A program made the translations under genes and the position numbers. Below, in pieces: positions 1 through 7,882 of a DNA stretch of 32,000 nucleotides; the stretch's first letter is position 1, and the number at the start of each line of letters is the position of its first letter. The DNA is from Caedimonas varicaedens (GTDB lineage: Bacteria; Pseudomonadota; Alphaproteobacteria; Caedimonadales; Caedimonadaceae), in assembly GCA_001192655.1 (NCBI GenBank), contig BBVC01000002.1:1-32000 (forward strand), in the 5' to 3' direction. The notes beneath the pieces are model-generated. The model was not told the origin of the DNA and searched no databases. It saw only the letters and a list, made by a program, of their open reading frames with translations.

Positions 1-174
1 CATATTAAGCTTAGTGGCTGGTTTATGACGATGTGTCTGAGGCTCAGGCTTCTTGACCCATCTGACAAGACTGGTCACTCCAACACCAAAGAGATCCGCC
101 GTTTCAGCAAAACTCAAATTTTTCTTCTTTTTTACAGATAAAACACGAAGTCTAAAATCTAATGAATAGGTCAT
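1..174 (-). CDS. IS630-family transposase, N-terminal helix-turn-helix part (gene runs off the left edge of the window)
   Basis: Reverse-strand ATG at 174-172, open to position 1. The translation MTYSLDFRLRVLSVKKKKNLSFAETADLFGVGVTSLVRWVKKPEPQTHRHKPATKLNM has the MxYSxDxRxxV...FxVxxxxVxRW pattern typical of IS630-type transposase N-termini. It is absent from the ORF track only because the window truncates it. Confidence 0.75.
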   Translation of the reverse strand, partial: MTYSLDFRLRVLSVKKKKNLSFAETADLFGVGVTSLVRWVKKPEPQTHRHKPATKLNM

Positions 175-234
175 GGAATAATCCTCTTAAAAATTATCCA
201 TAATATAACCATTTTAAAGGTTTTTAGCTATATC
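1..234 (-). mobile_element. One end of an IS630-family insertion sequence (inner boundary approximate, about 226-237)
   Basis: Contains the transposase 5' end plus about 60 nt of A+T-rich leader or terminal sequence. RNase R homology on the + strand starts abruptly at about 235, which marks the junction. The terminal inverted repeat cannot be defined without the other IS end. Confidence 0.55.
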
Positions 235-636
235 AGCATGACAGAAAGGCGTGCATCAACGGCTGAGCGCGAAACGACTGATCGATATGTGTCCGCTTAC
301 TTAGCTCAAAACAAGGGGCAAACTTTTGAAGGACGCATTTCTGGAGTGACTGATTTTGCCCTTTTTCTGCATCTTGATGAAAGCGGCGCAGATGGTATGA
401 TTCCGTTTCGATTGCTGGGATCAGACTATTTCATTCATGATCCTGTTCATCATCGATTGATTGGCCGCAAGACAAAAAAAGTCTATGGACTTGGTGACAG
501 GATCAAAGCAGTTTTGATGGATGCTGATCCTGTTAAGGGAAGCATCATTTTTGCACCCAGCGTTTCTAAAGATGATCTCTCAAGGGCAAAAAAGTTCAAA
601 AAACGACGACGCTTACCTCCTAAAACAACATCTTGA
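235..636 (+). pseudogene. rnr: 3' fragment of ribonuclease R (S1 RNA-binding domain plus basic tail); the N-terminal roughly four fifths are missing
   Basis: The translation (S)MTERRASTAERETTDRYVSAYL..FEGRISGVTDFALFLHLDESGADGMIPFRLLGSDYFIHD...YGLGDRIKAVLMDADPVKGSIIF..KKFKKRRR matches the conserved TERRA..AER segment, S1 domain and Lys/Arg tail at the C-terminus of RNase R. Only about 130 codons remain, whereas full-length RNase R has 700-800. The IS630 end lies immediately upstream. Confidence 0.7.
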
Positions 637-966
637 TTCTTTTTGAAAAGAAGCTCTCTCCGAAAGCCTTTCGAAATACTCAGCAATTACATTGATTTGG
701 TTCAGTGCATTCAGCAAAATTTTCTTCTGATTTTTCTCAGTTGCAAACAATCTCTTTTCTCTTATCAACCTAATTGATGATCTACCTTAAGAAAGTGTGA
801 TGTAATAATATATAGTAAAAGTTGAAGCTTCAGTTGACTTGACTCTCTAAAAAAGAGAGAACTTGAAAGAGAGAGTTCATTTATGAGTGGGAAAGTACAT
901 ACTCTGTTTCAGTTGCAATAATGTACAGAAAGGTTATTGCCAAAAAATGATTAAAGAGAGGGTTAC

Positions 967-986
967 GAAATAATCCGGATTATTTC
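967..986. promoter_or_regulatory. Perfect 20-bp palindrome GAAATAATCC/GGATTATTTC about 30 nt upstream of the transporter start; candidate operator or hairpin, function unknown
   Basis: Read directly: 967-976 is the exact reverse complement of 977-986. It lies in a 380-nt non-coding leader that also contains TCAGTTGCAA at 737-746 and 909-918 and TCAGTTGA at 830-837. Confidence 0.3.
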
Positions 987-1018
987 ATCTTTTAACTGAA
1001 AATGCGCATGGAGCCAAT

Positions 1019-2428
1019 ATGAGAAAGAGATTCTTCAGAAATTCTTCTTTGTGTTTGTTTGTCTTATTTTTTTGCTGTGCTTCTGCTCTTTCTGCGGAAA
1101 AATATTTCGCATCAGACACAGGTGCCTTCTCTCTCTGGTGGTGCCTTCCTTTTGGACTTGTGTTGTGTTCCCTGGCTTTCTTTCCTCTTATTTTGCCAAA
1201 CATCTGGCATCCTCACTATGGAAAAATTGTGAGTTTTTATACATTGGGCATTTTATTGCCGTTGCTATCCCTGAAAGGGGGCTATGACACTCTTTCTATG
1301 GTCACTGGAATCATGGTTCATCATTATTGTCCTTTTCTTCTTTTAATCGCGGCACTTTACATTACGGCAGGCGGTATTGAAATTAATATTCGAGCATCTC
1401 CTTCGGCAAAAATAAATACGCTTGTTCTTGGAATTGCAACTTTTGTGGCAGGCTGGATCGGCACCACTGGAGCAGCGATGCTTTTTATCCGCCCTTTTCT
1501 TGCGCTTAATAAAGACCGCTTGTGTCGCCAACACCTGGTTATCTTCTTCATTGTTTTAGTTGGAAACGTTGGTGGTGGGCTTACGCCTCTTGGAGACCCA
1601 CCCCTCTTTTTGGGGTACCTGGAAGGAGTAAATTTCTTTTGGCCTTTAAAAATGCTGACACTGCCGATCCTGTTTCTTGCTGTTCCCTTATTGATTATTT
1701 TTTATCTATGGGATCGTCAATATCAGGAACCTCTTGCAAAGAGAGAACGCATCTCTTTCAAAGTTTGTGGATATGAAAACATGCTGTATATAGGGGGCAT
1801 TATTCTTTTGATTTTGATTACCAGCCTGTGGAAATCAAAAATGTCTCTGGATTTTTTGGGAACTTCCTGGAGTCTCGAAGATTTTGTCAGGGATGCCGGA
1901 TTATTCTTCATTGCCTGTATGTCCTATTTCAAAACCAACCCCTTGCCCAGAAAAGCAAATAACTTCAGATGGTCTCCTTTACGAGAAGTCGCTATCCTTT
2001 TCGCCGCTATTTTTATCACGGTGGCTCCCGTTCTTGAAATGCTGAAAGCGGGCAACCAGGGACCTTTTCACCAATGGTTAAGTCTTGTGCATAAGGCTGA
2101 TGGCACGCCTTCTGCCCCTCTCTATTTCTGGGCAACAGGGCTGCTCTCAAGTTTTTTAGACAACGCCCCAACTTATCTTGTTTTTTTCAACATGGCAGGT
2201 GGGGATGCCGCTCTTTTGATGACGACGCTTGAGCCAATTTTACTGGCTATTTCAGCAGGAGCCGTTTTTATGGGCGCCCTAACCTATATTGGAAACGCTC
2301 CAAACTTTATGATTAAGGCCATTGCCGAAAGTCATGATATTGGGATGCCCAGTTTTTTTGGATATGCCCTGCGCGTTTTTTTACTTCTCTTTCCTCTTTT
2401 TGGCATAATGACATTTCTGTTTTTTTGA
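1019..2428 (+). CDS. Polytopic ion transporter of the ArsB/NhaD (IT) superfamily, usually annotated sodium:proton antiporter
   Basis: 469-aa ORF that is hydrophobic throughout (10 or more predicted TM segments). It has the motif GGGLTPLGDPPLFLGY and C-terminal GNAPNFMIK, as in the putative Na+/H+ antiporter / citrate-transporter-like family. Confidence 0.6.
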   Translation: MRKRFFRNSSLCLFVLFFCCASALSAEKYFASDTGAFSLWWCLPFGLVLCSLAFFPLILPNIWHPHYGKIVSFYTLGILLPLLSLKGGYDTLSMVTGIMVHHYCPFLLLIAALYITAGGIEINIRASPSAKINTLVLGIATFVAGWIGTTGAAMLFIRPFLALNKDRLCRQHLVIFFIVLVGNVGGGLTPLGDPPLFLGYLEGVNFFWPLKMLTLPILFLAVPLLIIFYLWDRQYQEPLAKRERISFKVCGYENMLYIGGIILLILITSLWKSKMSLDFLGTSWSLEDFVRDAGLFFIACMSYFKTNPLPRKANNFRWSPLREVAILFAAIFITVAPVLEMLKAGNQGPFHQWLSLVHKADGTPSAPLYFWATGLLSSFLDNAPTYLVFFNMAGGDAALLMTTLEPILLAISAGAVFMGALTYIGNAPNFMIKAIAESHDIGMPSFFGYALRVFLLLFPLFGIMTFLFF

Positions 2429-2504
2429 GAGCTTTGTGTTCTTTGACCATTGGCGCAATAAACAGTATACTTTCCTATAGAAAATATTAACGAGGGATAT
2501 CTTC

Positions 2505-3641
2505 TTGCCAACAGCGCCAACGGTTACTGTTTCCCAGCTAAAAGAGGACTTGATTCTTTGTCTTTCCGGAGAATGGCGTACTTTCTGTTTACCAGAAATC
2601 AAACACAAACTGAGTGCTCTCAAACTTCCCCAAGAGAGTAAAGTTGTTATCGATTTATCGTCGGTAGATTTTTTGGATACAGCAAGCGCTTATCTTTTAA
2701 AGAAATTTCTGAAAAAACTGAAGAGACTAAAGATATCCTATAAGATAAAAGAGGGTTCCCCGACGATTATGGCAACTTTTCATATGGTGAATGAATTCAC
2801 GCCTTCACCTGAGCCAAGGACTGAACAAACTTCTCGCTTTTCCCTTATTTTTCTTCTCAATTTTTTGGGAAAAATGGCATTAGAGCCCCTCAAAACTCTC
2901 CTTGAGGCACTGTCATTTCTGGGGGAAGTCACCATCGGCATGATTAAAATATTGATACATCCCCGTCGCTTGCGCTTCATTACACTTGTTGATCTCATAC
3001 ATAAGGTAGGAGCAAGTGCCTTGCCCATTGTGGGGCTTATTTCTTTTTTAATCGGTGTCGTCCTTGTATATCAGGGTGCAGACCAGCTGAGGCGTTTTGG
3101 AGCAGAAATTTTTACCATTAATTTGCTGGCTGTTTCTGCATTGCGAGAATTGGGAATTTTGTTGACCGCGATTGTTGTCGCTGGGCGATCCGGAAGCGCT
3201 TACACAGCCCAATTGGGCTTTATGAAACTCAATCAGGAAATTGATGCCCTGCACGTTTTAGGGATTGACCCCATTGAAGTTTTGGTTGTTCCACGCATTC
3301 TGGCTCTTCTGATTGTGCTGCCTTTACTTACTTTTTTTGCAGATATTATGGCGCTCATAGGAGGCGGCATTGCAACCTATTTTCTCATTGGTGTCGGTCC
3401 AGATGATTTCGCCAAGCATTTGCTTCTCTCTATTGGAGAATGGACATTCTGGACAGGCATAATCAAAGCGCCCGTTTTTGCTTTTTTTATTGGATTGGTC
3501 GCCTGTTTTGAAGGCTTGCGCGTTTCTGGAGGCGCAGAAAGCGTAGGGAAACATACAACTCAATCTGTGGTAGAGGGAATCTTTCTCGTTATTATATTTG
3601 ATGCAGCTTTTTCAATTCTCTTTTCTGTTTTGGGGATTTGA
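2505..3641 (+). CDS. MlaE-family ABC transporter permease with an N-terminal STAS (MlaB-like) domain
   Basis: TTG start 7 nt after GAGGGA (2492-2497). The N-terminal ~110 aa (LSGEW...IDLSSVDFLDTASAYLLKKF) look like an anti-sigma-antagonist/STAS fold. The remainder (GASALPIVGLISFLIGVVLVYQGA...ELGILLTAIVVAGRSGSAYTAQLGFMKLNQEIDAL) is the conserved MlaE/YrbE permease core. Its stop overlaps the next gene's start. Confidence 0.8.
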   Translation: MPTAPTVTVSQLKEDLILCLSGEWRTFCLPEIKHKLSALKLPQESKVVIDLSSVDFLDTASAYLLKKFLKKLKRLKISYKIKEGSPTIMATFHMVNEFTPSPEPRTEQTSRFSLIFLLNFLGKMALEPLKTLLEALSFLGEVTIGMIKILIHPRRLRFITLVDLIHKVGASALPIVGLISFLIGVVLVYQGADQLRRFGAEIFTINLLAVSALRELGILLTAIVVAGRSGSAYTAQLGFMKLNQEIDALHVLGIDPIEVLVVPRILALLIVLPLLTFFADIMALIGGGIATYFLIGVGPDDFAKHLLLSIGEWTFWTGIIKAPVFAFFIGLVACFEGLRVSGGAESVGKHTTQSVVEGIFLVIIFDAAFSILFSVLGI

Positions 3642-4405
3642 CAATGGACACACCTGTCATCGACATTAATAAATTATGCACCTCAATTCAGGGGAAGAAA
3701 CTGCATGAAGGTTTGTCGCTCAACGTCTATCGCGGTGAAATTCTTGGTCTTGTGGGCGCTTCGGGAAGTGGTAAATCCATCCTTTTACGTACGATACTTG
3801 GATTAAATCGCTATGATTCAGGTTCCATCCGTATTTTTGGAATCGATCATCGCGATCAAAAATCTGCCTTGTCCCTCAGGCATCGTTGGGGCGTTCTGTT
3901 CCAGAGCGGCGCACTTTTTAGTTCACTTTCTGTAGGAGATAATATACGCGTTCCCATGCGTGAAATTGGTCATATCTCGGAAACTCTGATGCGTGATCTT
4001 ACTTTTCTTAAATTAAAGATTGTTGGGCTTCCAGAAGATACAGAAGCCAAATTTCCAGCAGAACTTTCAGGAGGGATGATTAAGCGCGCTGCCCTGGCAC
4101 GCGCTCTGGCTATTGATGCTGAGCTTTTGTTTCTGGACGAGCCGACATCTGGACTTGACCCTATTTCTGCTCGCAGATTTGATTTATTGATAAAAGATCT
4201 TCAGCGAAATCTGAATTTTACTGTCATGATGGTGACACATGACCTTGACAGCCTTTTTACAGTCTGTGATCGTGTAGCAGTTCTGGTAGATCAAAAACTT
4301 GTTATAGGGACGGCTACATCTTTGCAAAAACATCCTCATCCCTGGATTAGGGAATATTTCCAGGGGCGACGTGCTTCTACCCTGAAAGGAGAGGTCGAAA
4401 AATAA
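3638..4405 (+). CDS. MlaF-like ABC transporter ATP-binding protein
   Basis: Has Walker A GASGSGKS, signature LSGGMIKRAALARAL and Walker B LLFLDEPTSGLD. It overlaps both neighbouring genes at start and stop (ATGA-type coupling). Confidence 0.85.
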   Translation: MTMDTPVIDINKLCTSIQGKKLHEGLSLNVYRGEILGLVGASGSGKSILLRTILGLNRYDSGSIRIFGIDHRDQKSALSLRHRWGVLFQSGALFSSLSVGDNIRVPMREIGHISETLMRDLTFLKLKIVGLPEDTEAKFPAELSGGMIKRAALARALAIDAELLFLDEPTSGLDPISARRFDLLIKDLQRNLNFTVMMVTHDLDSLFTVCDRVAVLVDQKLVIGTATSLQKHPHPWIREYFQGRRASTLKGEVEK

Positions 4406-5271
4406 TGGAAACGCGCGCCAATTACGTTATTGCCGGAAGCTTTGTTGTCGGTCTTATGATGGCGGCGCTTATTTTTGTGTTGTGGCTTTCACAAGTAGAT
4501 TTCGGTTCCAAAGCGCCTTTGTATGATATTTATTTTGAAGGTTCTGTCAGTGGTCTTCGCGTCAATGAAAGTGTGCGTTACCATGGCATTCCTATTGGAA
4601 AAGTGAAAGAAATTGGTGTTGCTCCAAAAAATATTGACCGCATACGTGTAAGGGTTGCCATTACAGAACCCAAACTCATGCGTGAGGATACGATTGCCTC
4701 AATTGAGATTCAGGGTCTGACAGGCTATACCTACGTTCAAATTCAGGGGGGGAAGGAATCAAGCCCTCTATTGGAAGCCCAGAATGGTCACCTCTATCCG
4801 ATCATCCCGTCTCAACCTTCAAAAATTGATTTGTTATTTTCTAATGCTCCTCATATTCTTTCCAGCATTTACAAATTATCCACAAGCCTCAATGAGGTAT
4901 TCAACAAGAAAAATCGTGAAGAAGTCCATGCCTTTCTCAGAAATGCTTCAAGGATAAGCGCGCAGTTATCTGAAGGGAGCAACTCGCTGGAAAGCGTCAT
5001 TCAGCAAACTAGGCATACACTTGATCATATCAATCAATCTGTCACTTCCATGCAGGGAAGCTTCACCTCTTTCGCTCAAGTGATGGAAGATATTCGACTT
5101 ATTTTACATGACAACAAGGGCACTGTTGCAGAAGCTTTGGATGAGTTGCCGAAAACTCTAAAACAGGTTGGCAAAGCTGCTGATCGATTGCGGCGATTAA
5201 CCCGTGATCTTGAACAAAACCCCCTGACATTATTTTCTAAATCTGAAGATCAAGGATACAAAATACCATGA
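4405..5271 (+). CDS. MlaD/MCE-domain substrate-binding protein
   Basis: N-terminal TM anchor (YVIAGSFVVGLMMAALIFVLWL) followed by the MCE core (YFEGSVSGLRVNESVRYHGIPIGKVKEI). The third gene of the operon. Confidence 0.8.
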   Translation: METRANYVIAGSFVVGLMMAALIFVLWLSQVDFGSKAPLYDIYFEGSVSGLRVNESVRYHGIPIGKVKEIGVAPKNIDRIRVRVAITEPKLMREDTIASIEIQGLTGYTYVQIQGGKESSPLLEAQNGHLYPIIPSQPSKIDLLFSNAPHILSSIYKLSTSLNEVFNKKNREEVHAFLRNASRISAQLSEGSNSLESVIQQTRHTLDHINQSVTSMQGSFTSFAQVMEDIRLILHDNKGTVAEALDELPKTLKQVGKAADRLRRLTRDLEQNPLTLFSKSEDQGYKIP

Positions 5272-5912
5272 GAGCCTTTCCTATCCTGTGTGTTTGTTTA
5301 CTTTCAGGGTGTGTCAGCCTTTTACCACCCGCAGCACCTCGTCCCCAAAACATCATGCTTCATCCTGATTTTAAATTCTCGGCACACTTGAAGCCCGTTG
5401 AATGGTCTCTCACTATAGAACGTCCTCTCACGACAGATCTTCTTGATTCAAGGCGTATTATTCTTAATATTGAAAATGAAAAGGGTATTCGCACCCTTGA
5501 AACTTTGGCAGATATTGAATGGAATGATCGTCTTCCCCTTCTTTTGCAGCAGCAACTCATTTCTGCTTTTGAACAATCAAATAAGATCACAGGAGTAGGA
5601 CAGGATGAAGAGGATTTTCAGGCTCATTTTGCCTTGCAGATTAATATCAGGACTGCCGAAATCCTTTTGACAGGCGCGTCTCAACAGAAAGCGCTTGTTG
5701 AACTGTCTGCCCGACTTATTTCCAAAAAAGATCGCAAAGTAATTGCTCAACGTACTTTTAAAAAATTATCTCCTATTACAGAACGCACTCAAAAAGCTTT
5801 CCTGCACAGTTACCAACACGTCTTCGGAGAAATAATCAGCGAGATCGTCATATGGCTCTTTAAAGAAGGTTCTGATGCGTTCAAAAAAGAGGGCAGCTTA
5901 AATGTTTTATGA
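5268..5912 (+). CDS. ABC-type transport auxiliary lipoprotein (DUF330 family)
   Basis: Has the lipobox LLSGC at the N-terminus and a 4-nt overlap with the MlaD-like gene. Its size and position match the auxiliary lipoprotein that follows MCE transporters in alphaproteobacteria. Confidence 0.65.
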   Translation: MRAFPILCVCLLSGCVSLLPPAAPRPQNIMLHPDFKFSAHLKPVEWSLTIERPLTTDLLDSRRIILNIENEKGIRTLETLADIEWNDRLPLLLQQQLISAFEQSNKITGVGQDEEDFQAHFALQINIRTAEILLTGASQQKALVELSARLISKKDRKVIAQRTFKKLSPITERTQKAFLHSYQHVFGEIISEIVIWLFKEGSDAFKKEGSLNVL

Positions 5913-5952
5913 AGGTATTCAGCTTGGCTCATAAAGAAAAAAGGAAAGTAAT

Positions 5953-6312
5953 ATGCTAAAAATAGAAAATATTACGTCCAATATCGTAAAGGTTACAGTG
6001 CCAGAAACATTAAAAGCTGATGACTTTCAGCAAATGGCCCCTCAGGCTGACGCGCTTATCCAGAAACACGGCAAAATAAAATTACTGGTCAATGCCTCAC
6101 AATTTAACGGTTGGGAGAATATCACCGCATTCGCGCGTCATATGAGATTTGCGAAAAGCCATCATCAAAAAATAGAACGTGCTGCTTTGATTGCCGGACA
6201 CACATGGCAGCATTGGGTCGCTGGAATCGTTCGTATATTTGTTCACCCAGAGATCAAAGTATATGACAAAAATCAGCAGAAAGAAGCTATGCAATGGCTG
6301 GATGGAAAATAA
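5953..6312 (+). CDS. STAS/SEC14-domain protein (SpoIIAA-like, formerly DUF3478)
   Basis: 119 aa with AGGAAAG 6 nt upstream of the ATG. The pattern KLLVNASQFNGWE...AFARHMRFAKSHHQKIERAALIAGHTWQHW is typical of this small family. Confidence 0.6.
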   Translation: MLKIENITSNIVKVTVPETLKADDFQQMAPQADALIQKHGKIKLLVNASQFNGWENITAFARHMRFAKSHHQKIERAALIAGHTWQHWVAGIVRIFVHPEIKVYDKNQQKEAMQWLDGK

Positions 6313-6358
6313 CCTATAATTATGCAAAAGGCTTTTATAGTTCTTTCCTTCACTGTAT

Positions 6359-7351
6359 TCAACCAACGGCTTCTTCTCTCGACAGTCCAGAAAGAAAATG
6401 GTGAATCTCTGTCATGGAAAGCGAAGGAGAGGATTTTAATCCTGCTTCCAGCGCCAGAAGTTGTTCAAGAACAAAGCCGCATCGCTTTAAAGGCCATTTC
6501 CCCAAACATTTTTGATACAAGGTTACCCGTGAATAGGGAAACTTGACAATTCCCTTACTCCAAAAATCCCTGAGGGAAGAGGGTGCCACCTGATGAATCT
6601 GAAGGGAAAAGAGAATAATAAGATCCTGAAGAATCTGCCGCACCACCGAAATCCACTCTGATAGTTCTATTTTGTTTAAGAGAGCATTAAGGGCAGGAAT
6701 ATCGCCCAGAAAAAAATATTGGTTAAAGTCTTCCATCCTGGAAGAGGAAAACTCTTTCAATACAGCGTTAATATCTGATTTTCCAAGAGAGTTTGCACCG
6801 CTATAAAGCGTAAGCATTTCCAGAGTTGAAAAAAATTCTTCCAGACGAGAGGACAGGAAATCTGACAGGTATTGCTGTGCCAGGAGATCGAGACTCAAAG
6901 ACATATTGCGTGCGCAGAAAGATATCGATTGAGAAATTTCTGATAAATCAATATCATAACAAGGAACAATAGCTGTCTCTTTAAGAGATTGAAACAAGGT
7001 CACAAGTTTAGCCTTGGAGTTCAATTTTCCGGAAGACATCAAAAGAATATGAGGACTTTGCAAAAGCGCAGGCATAAAATCATTGTTGTTTACCAGAGTA
7101 TCCGTAATATTTTGATAAACAATACATTGCTTACGCGTACTTGACTCAAATAAACTTTGGCAACTGTGAAGATGATCAAGAACTTCAGAAACAGACTCTG
7201 CCCGAACAATTTGAAATTCTTGTGTCACATAGTATTTTTGAAGAAATTGAATTCTGTACGAAATCAGTTGCTCTTGTGAACCAAAGAAAAGAATTCCTTT
7301 CGAAGAAGGTGGGTTCTTTTGAAGCCAGGGTAAAAGAGACGTAAATTTCAT
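6359..7351 (-). CDS. holA: DNA polymerase III subunit delta
   Basis: 330 aa, lying immediately downstream of lptE in the conserved leuS-lptE-holA arrangement. Length and helical C-terminal half are consistent with HolA; primary-sequence motifs are weak. Confidence 0.7.
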   Translation of the reverse strand: MKFTSLLPWLQKNPPSSKGILFFGSQEQLISYRIQFLQKYYVTQEFQIVRAESVSEVLDHLHSCQSLFESSTRKQCIVYQNITDTLVNNNDFMPALLQSPHILLMSSGKLNSKAKLVTLFQSLKETAIVPCYDIDLSEISQSISFCARNMSLSLDLLAQQYLSDFLSSRLEEFFSTLEMLTLYSGANSLGKSDINAVLKEFSSSRMEDFNQYFFLGDIPALNALLNKIELSEWISVVRQILQDLIILFSLQIHQVAPSSLRDFWSKGIVKFPYSRVTLYQKCLGKWPLKRCGFVLEQLLALEAGLKSSPSLSMTEIHHFLSGLSREEAVG

Positions 7352-7363
7352 TGCTCAAATCGT

Positions 7364-7882
7364 TCAGGGAACAGACTTAGGGGATGCAAGAAACGTCGCA
7401 ATTTGTAACCTGATTTCCTGTGCCAAAAGATTCATCGCCCGTTCAGTTTCTTTTTTCAAAGACGTAATGGCAGGAAATGTCGCCTGATCAGAATGGTCAC
7501 CAATACCAAAAGAAGTTGTCGCTTCAGCCGAGTCCGAATAGACGATTTTTTTTGAAGTCACATCGACGAGATTATACAAAGCTGTGCTGGTCATCACCTG
7601 GCGACTGGCTGTGGCATCCTTACGAAAAGCAAACGCATCTTCTGAGATAGTGAGCTTGACTTCAAGACGATAAAGAGGTCTGGTTGGCTCTCCATAGGGA
7701 GTGAAAGTATCCTGAAGATAATTCCTGAGTATTTGTCCCTTGCGGTCACCAATCTGTGCAATTTTGATGGAACTTAATGGGCTGGTTTCTCGCAAAGGGG
7801 CAGATTCATAAAGAGGCTGAAACCCGCATCCCGTCAAGGAAAAGAATAAAAAAACAACGTAGAGTCGATTAAATAATAACAA
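7364..7882 (-). CDS. lptE: LPS-assembly lipoprotein LptE
   Basis: Has the lipobox [10 protein letters not shown], the characteristic LptE N-terminus. It is 172 aa, and its start overlaps the leuS stop by 14 nt. Confidence 0.8.
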   Translation of the reverse strand: MLLFNRLYVVFLFFSLTGCGFQPLYESAPLRETSPLSSIKIAQIGDRKGQILRNYLQDTFTPYGEPTRPLYRLEVKLTISEDAFAFRKDATASRQVMTSTALYNLVDVTSKKIVYSDSAEATTSFGIGDHSDQATFPAITSLKKETERAMNLLAQEIRLQIATFLASPKSVP

